Shown one piece after another: positions 1 to 12,604 of a stretch of DNA of 60,148 nucleotides. Each line of letters begins with the position of its first letter. The stretch's first letter is position 1. The notes beneath the pieces were generated by a model. It had not been told where the DNA came from. It ran no database searches and saw only the letters and a list, made by a program, of their open reading frames with translations. The DNA is from Octopus bimaculoides (lineage: Eukaryota): the NCBI RefSeq assembly GCF_001194135.2, contig NC_068983.1, forward strand, positions 107,357,832-107,417,979. Direction: 5' to 3'. The translations under genes and the position numbers were made by a program.

Positions 1-35
<35 letters not shown>

Positions 36-169
36 TATATACCATCATCATCATTATTTCATTATCATTGTTTAATACCCAGTTTCCTTGCTGGCATGTG
101 TTGGCTAGTCCAATAGGAGCTAGTAATTATGTATTACAGAAGCATATGAAGAAATTGCTTTTAACCTAC

Positions 170-340
170 ATGAGAAAAAGTACTTAATAGGCTGTAATAA
201 TTTATTTAAACTGATCCAGTTGACTGTTACTCCAAAGTTTGCCCATTGTTCAGTTGGTTCTTCAGACAATATGAACTGGATCAGATTAAACAAACTACAT
301 CCCACAACGGTTAATGGATAAGAGCTATACATACTACATC
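170..340 (-). CDS. Candidate internal exon (phase 1-1) of an unidentified host gene
   Basis: Minus strand tttgcag|GATGTAGT...TTCTCAT|gtaggt. 171 nt, open only in phase 1 (GCSMYSSYPLTVVGCSLFNLIQFILSEEPTEQWANFGVTVNWISLNKLLQPIKYFFS). No homology recognised. Confidence 0.25.
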
Positions 341-3300
341 CTGCAAACAGCATTTTCAAAAATTATAAAGGGTATGCCATCCCATTTCACCAACTACAGA
401 TATACCTCACTTCACTATTTTACCTTTCCCCATCTACTATGTAGCCAGTGAAACATTCTCCTAAAAGTGATTTCTAAGTGTAGAAAGGATACTGCTTCTC
501 TGACATTACTAATGATCTGCACTTTTCTACTTTTCTGCTGATTTATGGCTTAAGCCTATATACATCAAGATCCAGCTGAGACAATCAACAAATCATTGTA
601 TACTTTCATCTGCTAGCCATATATTTTTTAACCATTTACATGCTCCCATTTATCTACAGTTTTGGGAAAGTAGTCTTTTTGTCTTAACCAGTGGTTGTCA
701 TGTGCTATTCATATTTTTTTAACTTGAAATTTTATTTTATTAGTGACTGAACTATAGATCTGAAGTGAAGTCTCTTGGAAGAGGTACTACATAAACTACA
801 CTTGACATGCGATCCATACATGGCAAAATGGAAAAACTGAATAACAGTAACCAACCTTAAGTGGAAACTCAAGTGTTGAACCATTAAATGCCTGGAATAT
901 TTTATAATGCCATTTTGGTTTTACAATTTTATATCCATCAAACAAGGATGACATAGGGTTGTTTTTACAAATTTACATGCTTATATATCATTGAAAAAGA
1001 GTTCTTGATGTTAATACTAAGCATCTATGATGTAGTATCAGAACCTATTTGTCAGCCAAGTGCTGAGATGTGCATTTATGTTTCCTGTCTAAGCACATGA
1101 GATAATGACTGTAGTAAATGATCTGATGTCATGAAAAATGGTCAATATCCTCACATATTAATCTCATAGACAACGTAATTCATTCATCTCAATGAGAATA
1201 AAATAGTATATCATTTTACAAAAAATGATATGACATGTTTAAATAAGAATATAACATAATTTTTGAAAATTAATTTCATTCATTTTAATTAATTTGTTTA
1301 TAGAAAAAAAAAATATAGAAATTTTGACAATCAACCAACATATCTCTTCCTCTATTTTTTAATTTGTTTTTTAAAACTTTGATTCCATTTTTAGAATCAG
1401 CATAAATCTTGTAACCATTTGTGAATCAATAACCAAAATCCCTATAATCTTGGTTTTGAAATTTGAGTTGAGGTTTTCAGAATATTTTGTAATATGGAAA
1501 TATTCCATGCTGATGCCTTACTGCATTTTTAGATTTGATTACTTTTGTTTTATTTCAAGAAATTTTGTTGTTACTTTCCGGCATCTGCTCTGCTTTTGTT
1601 TTATAGTTATTGTTGGACTTGTTCATAAAAAAAAGGGAATATGATGCATGATAGACCTGTCCAAACCATACTGATCAATGGATTTTATTACGATGATAAT
1701 GGTGATGACGATGATGATGTTGACTCTCAGATTCCAGCATAGCCTTTTTCTATTATTCAATAAGTTATTGAGATTTCAATTTTTAATTGGAATAATAAAT
1801 TTGCCATAGATTTTATAATTATTTGTATTAGTTTGTCTTTATTCATTCAAAATACTTTTGTTCTGATTTTGAATTTGTTTCAGAAAAAGTTTGATCTGAA
1901 ACTGTGCTGACACCAATATTGTTAAATTTCTGAAAAAATTATGTCAAATGCTACAAACACACTGGCTGTTAGTTGCTTCTTGGTTTTTAGTGATGTAAAA
2001 AGAAAAAAAAAAGAAAAATCTGTCATACTTTTCCTGTCACTTTCTCAATGGTTATAAATTATGCAGAATTTAAACCCATCTAAAAAGTTAAGGGCAAGAT
2101 GTGACAAAAATTTGGGGAATATGATTAAAACCAAAATGTGACTAACGACTGATTTGAATGTTAATAGGCTTTAATATGACTGCTCCAAAATATAACAATA
2201 TTTTTGGTGTCCCACCGTAAAAATTTTATAATTGTCTAAATGTAGAATTTCTACACTGTCTTTGTCTTCATGGTAAATAGCTAGATGGTCATACAGTAAT
2301 ATAGTTACCATTGCTATTTTTCTTCTTTTTGCGGTTGATTTTCTATTCCTTTGCATTTAATCATAATATTCCATTTTAAAAACAAAATGAAAGAAGAAAA
2401 TCCTGAATTAATGCAAATAATATATCAAGTCAACAATAGACTTTATACTCTTTACGGAAGTCCTGGAGACATGCAGTTATCACTAACAGAACTGAAATGG
2501 CAGAGAAGTCAGGTGATAGGCATAAAGAGGGGGATACAATGTTGGGGAATGTTACAATTACAGCCATGCTTTGCTTCATAATCACTTAGTTAATGATACC
2601 CTGCTTTAATGATATTTTTAAAAAAATTTAAAAATAAAAATGTAATAGTTAATTGCATCAAATAAATGTTAAACATTCATAATGATTACATTAAAAGTTT
2701 AATTACCACAATGCACTTTGATTATGTATACATGTGTGTTCAATTATTTGGTCATTCAGTAGTTTGCATGTTGATGTATGCACATATACTGTTCTTTTTA
2801 TTCCCATCTCACTGCTACTCTTTCATCTCGATATGTCAGAATTAATTCATTTTGAATTAATTCAAGCAATGTGTAAAAGTAGATGTTAACAATGGAAACT
2901 CTTGTTTATTCCTTCCCTCTCATTGGGTTCAACACAGCCTTTTCCCATTATTCAATAAGTAATTGAGATTTTAAATTCAAATTTTGGATTGGAATAATAA
3001 ATTTGTCATAGATTTAAATATATCTCACATTTGCTATCATGAGATTTATAAGGAAATAAAAAAAAAAACAACAATCATGGGAACAAAGAATTTTCGATGC
3101 ATTTCTAAAGACCAACAGAAACTCCTACATTAAGTGAATCAAATATGAACGACAAAGCCACAAGTAGCAAAGGCACATCGAATAATGTAAAGAGAAACTA
3201 GATATATTTGATATTTATTATTTGTATATGATTTATTTAATCAAGTCATTGCCAAAACTGATGTTTTATTGATCCTTATTTAAGGCTTTTCAACATTTCT

Positions 3301-3689
3301 TATGTCAGTTCTCATCAGTGAGAATGTAATTGTTATTTATAACATTATTTCCATGTACACTAGCAGCCTTTCACTTAACACTCCCTCTCTTAACATCAAT
3401 GTTCTGTTCAATGAAAAAGCTAAGGCTGGTCACTCGCTATTCTCTGACTGTCATTGATGTTTCATTATAAGGTTATCAATTCACCAATAATAAATTACTA
3501 AAAAACAGTAAAAAAAAACGAAGACAAATAACTTAAGCAACGTAAATACTTATTTATCTATCTGCTCTTACTCATCTATCAAATTCTTGTCACCATATTG
3601 AGTCCACCATTTTTCTACCCCTATCTCAGGCTCCACATTAAATATCATCAAATGGCTAACTGTACCTAGAAAAGGGACAGGCACCACCA

Positions 3690-4210
3690 AGTGATCTTCT
3701 TATGGAAATTTACATTATTGTACACCAACAGCTTTCTCAGATTGAGAATTTTGGACAAAATTATGTTGATGTTGATTCAATCCCATATGCCACTCCATTA
3801 CAAAATAGTGGCTTTGTGACTGTTAGAAATCAGCAAATCATAGCTTTTGTTATCACGGCATCTGAAATATTGCCAGATATTCACCACACTCTACAAGCTG
3901 GGCAATGCAGTCAGTGGAGTATCAGTGTTTGTATTCTATAGAGAGTTAGAAGAAGGCATGAATAACTATGGCCTGGGAGCAATTGTGAGTATCACCAGGG
4001 TCATCCCAACAGCACTATAGGCAAAGCAATGACCTGGGATTCCTGTATGAATACAACCGCAGCATACATAGTTTGCATTGGTCCCTAGACCTGCGGTGTC
4101 CCCAGGCAAGTGTCCAGTGTACCCCTGTCTTAAGATGGCATTGGATATCACTGAAAAGCATCTGAGTGATCTCTTCTGGAATGCTTTCAGATCAAGAATT
4201 ATGAACAATT
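3690..4210 (+). pseudogene. Possible highly decayed Ty3/Gypsy gag-like remnant
   Basis: More GC-rich than its flanks. Frameshifted peptides (FWTKL..., RRRHE*LW, VPRQVSSVPLS, LDITEKHLSDLFW) loosely recall the invertebrate Gypsy gag pattern. Judged by eye only. Confidence 0.25.
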
Positions 4211-4294
4211 TCCAAGTGTTACTGGTTTGCCAATTAGGATTTACGATAAAAATTTAACAAAGAATTAGCTATAGAGAAAAATAGATTAGAATAT

Positions 4295-4465
4295 GGCATG
4301 TAAAAAGTACCCATTGGAGTGGTTGGCATGAGAAGGGCATCCACCTGAAGAAACCATGCCAAATCAGACTGGAACCTGGTGCACCCCACCAGGTTACCAG
4401 CTTCAGTCAAATCATCTAACCCATGCCAACATGGAAAGCAGATGCTAAATGATGATGATGATAAT
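4295..4465 (+). mobile_element. 3' tail of an RTE-like LINE or derived SINE (family E)
   Basis: agaagggcatcc...ccatgccaacatggaaagcagatgctaaa(tga)n. Related tails at ~21300-21408 and 57304-57410 (+), and ~40780-40980 and ~46560-46720 (-). Confidence 0.65.
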
Positions 4466-4639
4466 GTATGAGTAAATTAGACACAATTTGGACAGGCATC
4501 TTGAGCAACATAAGACTAATCCCCACCAATGTGTGACACAAATGTATTGTCAGAGCTAAGATGTTTGCTTTTAGACTTGAAAAAACTAAGGCTGTTCTGT
4601 GGGCCTATTTTCACCATGCGTAAGCAAATACACTAGTAA

Positions 4640-4945
4640 AAAAAGACCCCCTTTGGTCATGAACGATCATGGGATTGCACCTAGAAAGTTACTCTCCGAG
4701 GCACTAATCCAGGCAAGGTTGTTTTATGGAAGACCAGAAGTCACCCATGCATACCAGTCTCCCCTCTCTACACCGCCAATGTTATCCAAGGGAAAGGCAA
4801 AGGCCGATACAGCTTGGCACCAGTGATGTTGCAATTCATTTATACAGCTGAGTGAACTGGAGCAATGTGAAATAAAGTATCTTGCTCAAGAACACAACAC
4901 ACAGTTCAGTCTGAGAATTAACTACTGAGCCTCGACCACTAAGAA
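4640..4945 (-). mobile_element. tRNA-derived SINE (family C)
   Basis: Partly the reverse complement of 8555-8803 (shared ttgctccagt(t/c)cactcagctg core). tRNA-like head cttagtggtcgagg on the minus strand. Confidence 0.7.
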
Positions 4946-5517
4946 TCACAGTATTCCAACTGTAAAGGTAGAATATTGAATTCAAACCCTTGCAGTTTTT
5001 ACGTTGTTTTCNNNNNNNNNNNNNNNNNNNNNNNNNNNNNNNNNNNNNNNNNNNNNNNNNNNNNNNNNNNNNNNNNNNNNNNNNNNNNNNNNNNNNNNNN
5101 NNNNNNNNNNNNNNNNNNNNNNNNNNNNNNNNNNNNNNNNNNNNNNNNNNNNNNNNNNNNNNNNNNNNNNNNNNNNNNNNNNNNNNNNNNNNNNNNNNNN
5201 NNNNNNNNNNNNNNNNNNNNNNNNNNNNNNNNNNNNNNNNNNNNNNNNNNNNNNNNNNNNNNNNNNNNNNNNNNNNNNNNNNNNNNNNNNNNNNNNNNNN
5301 NNNNNNNNNNNNNNNNNNNNNNNNNNNNNNNNNNNNNNNNNNNNNNNNNNNNNNNNNNNNNNNNNNNNNNNNNNNNNNNNNNNNNNNNNNNNNNNNNNNN
5401 NNNNNNNNNNNNNNNNNNNNNNNNNNNNNNNNNNNNNNNNNNNNNNNNNNNNNNNNNNNNNNNNNNNNNNNNNNNNNNNNNNNNNNNNNNNNNNNNNNNN
5501 NNNNNNNNNNNNNNNNN

Positions 5518-6351
5518 GTTGAGTTTGATGAAGAGCGATGAAACCAACTTTTGCATGAAAATTCTCATCAAACGACAAGGGAACTGGCAGAGAAAGTGGA
5601 ATGCTCCCACACTGCTATAGAGAAGCATCCTCACTCGATGGGAAAGGTTCAGAAGTATGGAGCATGGGTTCTGCATGCTTTAAGTGGCAACAACAAAAAT
5701 TAACGAGCCACAATCTCCGCTGGTTTGCTTGCTCGTCACCGCTCAACTCATGGACACAAGCAAAAATTTCTGAACCGAATTGTTACTGGCGATGAAAAAT
5801 GGTGCCTGTACATGAAGCAGTGTAAGGAATGGCTTAGCCCCAGTAAACAAGCGACACCACGCGTGAAACAAGATCTTCATCCGCATATAACGATGTTGTG
5901 CATATGGTGGGACTGGGAAGGGATTATCCATTACGAATTGCTTGAACAGAATCAAACGATCAATGCGGAACTGTATGTTCAACAGATGGAACAACTCAAC
6001 ATGGCTATTCAAGAGAAAAGACCTAATCGTCAGCATGGAGTTCTTCTGCTGCATGACAACGCTCGCCCTCATATCGCCAAAATGATCAAGGAAGCCATTC
6101 GAATGCATGGCTGGGAAGTACTGCCACACCTGCTGTACTCTCCTGATTTGACACCAATAGATTTCCACCTCATTCGATCTCTTTCAAATGCTATGCATGC
6201 AGTTTCATTCAATACTGATGCAGAATTGAGAGCTTGTTTGGATCAATTTTTCGAGTCGAAATTGGGTGATTTCTACCAACCAGGTATTGAAAATCTTGTT
6301 GAATGTTGGGAAGAAGTTGTAAACAACAAGGGTGAATACATTATTGATTAA
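5518..6351 (+). pseudogene. Mariner transposase pseudogene
   Basis: WVLHAL (WVPHEL-like), TGDEKW, HDNARPH, YSPDLTPID with 34 residues between the 2nd and 3rd catalytic D. In-frame stops TGA (~5538) and TAA (~5701). Confidence 0.95.
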
Positions 6352-6426
6352 TTAGTTGTTATTTTTGTATTAAACCTTTAAAAAACTTTTAATTAAAAAA
6401 CGACGGGGATTTAGTTGCCAACCCAA
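5518..6426 (+). mobile_element. Mariner (DD34D) transposon; 5' part lost in the N gap
   Basis: Right TIR gatttagttgccaacccaa followed by TA at 6427-6428. Transposase motifs lie upstream. Confidence 0.95.
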
Positions 6427-7159
6427 TATATAATCTTCTTATGAAAGTTGTTGCTTTGGACCTTAGGAATTTATGTCAAGTGTCCTAAGCAAAGTAGTTA
6501 TTTTGGTGGGGACATTCTCTTCTAATTCTAATTCCTGTTTTAGTCTACTTATTTGTGCTGCTTAATAAATACCAACCATTCTTAGAGATCTCATCACTAG
6601 CAGTATTACATCTATTTTCTTTTAGAGTCTCTAACATGTCTATATATATTTGTGTATATCTTTTTCTGATGTATATCAGGGAAGGATGTAAATATCAGTA
6701 AAAATCTGGCACTCTGTGAAGGATCTACTTTGCCAGAATGATGTTCTTTGCACTTTTACTATTTGAAATATAGTGAACCAATGATTCTTCTATTAGAAAC
6801 CTATAACAAATATGCTGTTGTTTACAAATTGTGATATAAAATTAAAAACAAAATTTTGCAATCTCTCAACCTATTTTTGAAAACATTTTGCTGACAAATT
6901 TTAAGGTTTCTAGACAGGGCGTAGTCATGATTTTACAATTTTCTTTCTTATCTACTTCAACAGGAACTGGTGTCCCATTTCGTATTATATGATACTGCGG
7001 TTACATTAGATGTCAAAATACAAACTAATTTTGTTGTTTCTAAACTGAATTAGCTGATGAAGCAATTTCTATATTTTTCTTCTAAGATATAATTTCTTAT
7101 CATTTCCGGGTGAACGATCTATATCATCATCACCATCATCATTGTTATTACTTTTCTTA

Positions 7160-7384
7160 AGGTTGTGAACTGGTAGAATCATTAGCACATCCATTGGATA
7201 AAAATACTTAGCAATATTTTGTCTGTCTTTATGTTTTGAGTTGAAATTTTTCCTAGGTTGATTTTGTCTTTTATCCTTTCAACATTGATAAAATAAGTAT
7301 CAGTTGAGTACTGGAGTTAATATAATTGACTAAACCCACTCCCCCAAAGTTTTAGGCTTTGTGCTAGTAAGGATTATTATTATC
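7160..7384 (+). mobile_element. Short tRNA-derived SINE (family B)
   Basis: gaactggtagaatcattagc head, ttatcctttcaacattgataaaataagtatcagtt core, aaggattattatt tail. Shared with many copies in the window. Confidence 0.8.
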
Positions 7385-8500
7385 ATTTGAAGAAAACTTT
7401 CAGGTTATTTTGCTGGGTATGATGGAAAATGTCACAGCCAGTAGACTAAGGTGGCACTTGTTTACTGGTCATGCTTCAAGAACCCTGTGAAGTATTCATG
7501 CAGTTCCAAGAAATACTGATTTTTGTAGGTATTCTACCTTTACATTTGTACCAATCTTTTTGAGCCATGTTGGTAGTTGAGTCCTGATACTTCCAAGTGC
7601 ACCAATTACTATTGGCATCACATTCACTCTCCTCATTGACCACAACCTTTATATTTCCCACTTCAAATTATTGTAGTTGTTCAGTTTTTATTCTTTCTCT
7701 TTGATTCTGTTGTCACCAGGACATGATATGTCAATTATCAAGCATGTATGTTTCTTTTTTATTCATCACAACAATGTCCAGTTTCTGATATCTGGTCATG
7801 TGATTGCACTGAATCATTGCAACCCACACGACTTTGCAATCTTCATTCTCAGTGATTCCTTCTGTGGTTTTCTCATACCACATCTTTGCTCTTTGTAGAC
7901 TGTGATTTCCATAGAGCTCTCAATGGATCATTCTTGCCACATTGTCATGTCATCTTTTGTATTCATACTGTGCCAATTTTGGGTATTTGCTCACCACACC
8001 TTCTGCATTTGTTGCTGTCGGTAGTGTTGTCAATTCTGCACTTCACATAGTTAGTCCTTAACACTTGTTCTTGTGCTGCACAAATAAGTGCTTCTGTTTC
8101 TAACTTCTGTTACTCCTCCTCATCCATAGCCACCAGTCATCTGTATCTGTCTTGGCATTTGTATCTCTTGTAAATTGACCACACATTTTTTCTCCTTCCA
8201 CACTGTTTCCTTTTTTGTGATTTTTTCCTTTTTAAGTTTTTTATTCTTTACACAGTTATCAGTTTTAATGATGCTGGACTTCTTCACATGTTTCCACAAT
8301 GGTTTCATAGTATTTTTTACACACCATCCTAAGCTTTCTCCCTCTGCTTTGATACAATCTCAGCAATTGATAAAACCTCCCCCACCCTTTCTTCTGGACA
8401 AATACAGCCTATCGGTGTCACTGTTAGGGTGGAAGGTTCCATTCACTGTCAGTATTTTTCTTGTCTTCGTATCCATGTTCGTCAGTTCTTTCTTTTGTTA
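7385..8500 (-). mobile_element. R4/Dong-clade non-LTR retrotransposon, 5'-truncated and decayed
   Basis: Minus-strand peptides MDTKTRKILTVNGTFHPNSDTDRLYLSRRKGGGG, PKLAQYEYKR*HDNVARMIH, CLIIDISCPGDNRIKEKE, PIVIGALG. This is a post-RT region, zinc-knuckle-adjacent segment and restriction-like endonuclease. Confidence 0.9.
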
Positions 8501-8554
8501 TCATCATCACCCTGGGATTGCTAGCCTTGAGCCAAGATTTGAAACCATTGTTGG

Positions 8555-8803
8555 AGGCACATGGCTTAGTGGTTAGGGTGTTAGATTCATGATTGTAAGA
8601 TCGTGGTTTTGATCCCTGGATCAGGTGATGCATTTATGTTCTTGAACAAAACACTTCATTTTTCAGTTGCTCCAGTCCACTCAGCTGGCAAAAATGAGTA
8701 ATTCTGTGATGGATCGGCATCCTGTCCATTTGGGGAATATAAACGCCATGGAAACTGGGAAACCAGCCCCGTGAGTCTATATGATTCAGGAAGCAACTTT
8801 ACT
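8555..8803 (+). mobile_element. tRNA-derived SINE (family C)
   Basis: A-box-like tggcttagtgg and B-box-like ggttttgatcc, then a conserved core. Similar copy at 53298-53590. Confidence 0.8.
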
Positions 8804-8806
8804 TAA

Positions 8807-9023
8807 AGGTGGTAAGCTGGCAAAGTTGTTAGCACACCAGGCAAAATGCCTAGTGGTATTTCATTCTTCACATTCTGAGTTCAAATTCTACCGAGGCCAA
8901 CTTTGCCGTTAATCCTTTTCAGGGTTGATGAAATAAGTACCAGTTATGAACTGGAGTCGATGTAATCGACTATCCCCCTCCTTCCAAATTTCAGGCCATG
9001 TGCCTATAGTAGAAAGGATTATT
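8807..9023 (+). mobile_element. Short SINE (family B)
   Basis: ggtaagctggcaaagttgttagcac...gttcaaattc...gttgatgaaataagtaccagtt...gtagaaaggattatt. Confidence 0.85.
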
Positions 9024-10081
9024 TTTGATGCTGTTTTTGTTGTTTATGTAAATGATTAAAAGTATATGCACATACACTCAGACATACACACACACACTTA
9101 CATATGAAGTGACATACAAGCACACATCCACACATATAGATGTATATGAATTCTATTTATGGATACGGTTGAGTGTATTTGTTTAATTACGTATGTGTAT
9201 GCATGCTTGTATGTGTTATTGTTTTGATATTACAAAAAATTGGCCTATATTATCTAGAATCAGATTATTATACTTATATTAAAGTGAGTGCATCTTGTGT
9301 ATGTGTGTGTGTGTGTGTGTGTATGTGTGCAATGGTCAATAAATTTAGAATTTCCGTCTATTCTTTTCTTTATTATTTCAAGTAATCATGATTTCTAGTT
9401 GTTCAATTCACTTAGACATTTATTTATTGGCTGTGAAAGCAATTTTCAGACAGCTATTACTCTTTGTTACAAAGAAAGAAAAAAAAGAACACATATAAAG
9501 AAGAAATCATTTGGATTTATGGAGAGATGTGACAAAGAAGAAAAAAAAGAGAATGAAATAAGGAAAGGGTGAGAGAAAGAAAGAAGGAGAGAGAGACAGA
9601 AAAACAGAGAGAGTGGAAGGAAGAAGCAAGAAAATAAGCAAAAAATAAAGAAGTTAAAAAATAAAGAAAATGAAATCATAGAAAGAAATTGTAATAAATT
9701 TTAGATATAGTTATATTTAAGTCTTCATTATGAAAACAAAATGTAGACAATTAGGCAAACGAAAATTAATTTATTTGACAAGTTTAGGGCAAGTATATAG
9801 ATGTTAGCTATTTTTGTCTGCTGTTCTGTCTAGTTATTGCAGAGATTGTAATACATGTTCGTACTCCAGAGTATCAGTAGACTTTTTTTCTCATAGCTTG
9901 TTTAGTTCACTGAAATGGTTCAATGAGTGAGTAGACCTAGTTAGCATTTATAGTTTGTTTTTGAATTAATTCATATGTTATTAACTTTAAAAGATGTTAT
10001 TGTTGAAATTGAGTGCACGTGGAATCCAATGCATATATATGTCATATACGCATACATATATACATGTATGCCTATATATAT

Positions 10082-10330
10082 TTAGCTTTTATCCTTTATA
10101 TTTTACTTGCTTCAGTCATTTGCCTGTGGCCATGCTGGAGTATCACCCTGGAGGGTTTTAGTCGAACAAATTGATCCCAGGACTTATTTTTTTTTAAAGC
10201 CTAGTACTTATTCTATTAGTCTCTATTGCTGAACCACTAAGTTACTGGGACATAAACACACCAATGCCAGTTGTCAAGTAATGATTGGGAGAAAAACACA
10301 GACACAAAAGTACACATACACATAGATACA

Positions 10331-10369
<39 letters not shown>

Positions 10370-10520
10370 ATAATGGGGTTCTTTCAATTTCTGTCTACCA
10401 AATCCACTCACAAGACTTTGTGAGGTCCGAGGCTGTAGTAGAAAACACTTGCTCAAGGGGCCACACAGTGAGACTGAACCTGAAACCATGTGGTTGGAAA
10501 GCAAAAGCTTCTTATCACAC
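10082..10520 (-). mobile_element. SINE with internal (TA)n/(TG)n microsatellite (family A)
   Basis: Reverse complement of the family A structure seen at 31508 and 48507. Confidence 0.9.
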
Positions 10521-10764
10521 ACATATATGTGTGTGTGTGCATATATATATATTTATATATATTTACTGTATATATTTCTGTGATATCAGTTCACTGCGTT
10601 TCAGGAATATTTAGTGTGATTTATTAGCATCATTTTGAATGGAATGGTGTTTTCATTGATCTGGCTATCATAATTGTCGTCATGATTATCACCGCTGTTG
10701 TTGCCATTGTCATCTTGTTGTTGTAACACACACATCAACATTAGTGACATGAATATCATCATCA

Positions 10765-10922
10765 GGTAGAAGCATGGCTGTGTGGTGAGAAGCTTGCTTC
10801 CCAGCCACATGGTTCTAGATTCAATCTCATTGTATAGCACTTTGGGCAAGTGTCTTTTACTATAGGCTCAGGCTGAACAAAACCTTGGGAGTGGATTTGC
10901 TTGACAGAAACTGAAAAAAGCT

Positions 10923-10956
<34 letters not shown>

Positions 10957-11190
10957 TATGTGTGTGTCTTTGTGTCTGTGTTTGTTCCCTCACATCCACT
11001 TGACAACTAATGTTGGTGCATTTACATCCCCATAACTTATTAGTTTGGCAAAAGAGACCAATAGAATAAATACTAGGTTTTAAAAAAAATAAGTCCTTGG
11101 GTTGATTTGTTTGACTAAAACCCTTAAAGTTGGTGCTCCAGCATGGCCACAGTCAAATGATTGAAACAAGTAAAAAATAAAAGATATAAG
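10765..11190 (+). mobile_element. SINE family A
   Basis: tggctgtgtggtgagaagcttgc head, (TA)n core, gactaaaacccttaaagttggtgctccagcatggcc...gaaacaagtaaaa tail. Confidence 0.9.
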
Positions 11191-11914
11191 ATCAGCTTTC
11201 TCCTTACCTTTACTAATCCTCCTCTTCCACCACTTCCTCTCCTCCTCCGCCTCCTCACCATCGTTGTCATCATTGGCATAAGATTTATAAATCATCAACA
11301 TCATTCTCATTCATTTCCTCTTTGTTGTCCTCATCATCACTGCTAGCTTGAACATCCTCAACATTTGAGCAAACAAAGGAGCTTCTGCAAACAAATATAA
11401 ATTGCTTAGGAAAATACCAAACTTAAAAATAAGTCCTTTGATTGATGCAATTCATTAAAACCCTTCAAGGCAATATTCCAACATGGCTGCAGTCCAATGA
11501 TTAAAGTATGTAAAAGAGTAAAAGAGAGCATTGCTAAGCAGCAGGATATAAACCCTTCTGATAGCAACCTGTCTGAAGTGACTCCTTGTTATTTGATACC
11601 TTTGATGCGAAACACTTCATTTGAAACTAGTTTCATTTTGATTAAAACTGTCCATCATAATTTTTTTTTTAAGAACATTTTGTGATGTTCAAAGCACCAA
11701 CTTGCCAACAATAATTTAATCATTTTACTAAATCATTCCAAATTGTTGATAATTTTCATAATTAGTTTGCAAACATGGAGATTAGAAATATTGTAATAAA
11801 AGGATTAAGAGAAAGTATTTGTAAAGGAAAGAATGTTATTGACTAAAGATTTTTAATGGTTTCAAAAGAATACTTGAAATAAAAGAGAAAGGGATTATGA
11901 TATTGTTATTGTTA

Positions 11915-12095
11915 CTTTTGGTTGCATGTCAGCCCTGGTTGTGTATATTTCTGATCAAAAGTATCATAGTTGTGACCACTCTATATTTTTGTGCTATTGG
12001 TAGGGTATAATATGAGATGGATTTTTGTTGCTATTTCTAGCAACTTCCTTGTTGGTTTGACAATCATGATATTTTTAAGTCAGCAGCACTAGAGG
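11915..12095. mobile_element. Dispersed repeat family D (probable LINE/SINE 3' end, tail read on the minus strand)
   Basis: (ttg)n...cagccctgg...gatcaaaag...gatggatttttgttgctatttctagc. Related copies at ~18925-19135, 33025-33135 (inverted), 37185-37385, ~41600-41650 and 52250-52482. Confidence 0.65.
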
Positions 12096-12395
12096 AAATC
12101 TACATCACCAAAACTATGGAGATCTGAAGGTGAATAATATACCCAAGGATAAATTACTTTCATTACAACTATAGAAGTCATTACCATGGATATTTAACAC
12201 AATAACCCATGTGGCATAATTACATGCAGGAGACATACAAAGAATAGGAGTTGAAATGATAATGATGAAGTAAAATATAAGGTTGAAATTTCTGTTTGAA
12301 TGGAACAAAAAATGTTAATAAGCAACAAGAACTGCAGTTAGCCAAGTTATTAATATGCTTAACATCTGGAGAGTTGCAACTGTGGCATTGATTAA

Positions 12396-12604
12396 CCCTT
12401 TAGTATTCAGCTTACCTTATCAAATGTAATGTTTATTTAATCACATTGCTTTTAATTAATCATGCATTTCCCCTAACTTTGAGATTTTGATGATGTGATT
12501 GCATATTTTTAGAATAGTAGGTGTTAGAGGCTGGATCTGGCTGGTTTGAACATAAAACAGGTAGAATATTTGAGCTGGATATGGCTGGTTTAAATGCTAA
12601 AGAG
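12396..12604. mobile_element. piggyBac-type MITE
   Basis: TTAA at 12392-12395 and 12605-12608. Ends ccctttagtatt / aatgctaaagag. Same family as 28606-28826, in the opposite orientation. Confidence 0.85.

Noticed and set aside
4976-5676. Long ORFs spanning N runs (also 43011-43484, 46717-47366, 52799-53387, 56903-57384)
   Set aside because: Open only because N codons contain no stops.
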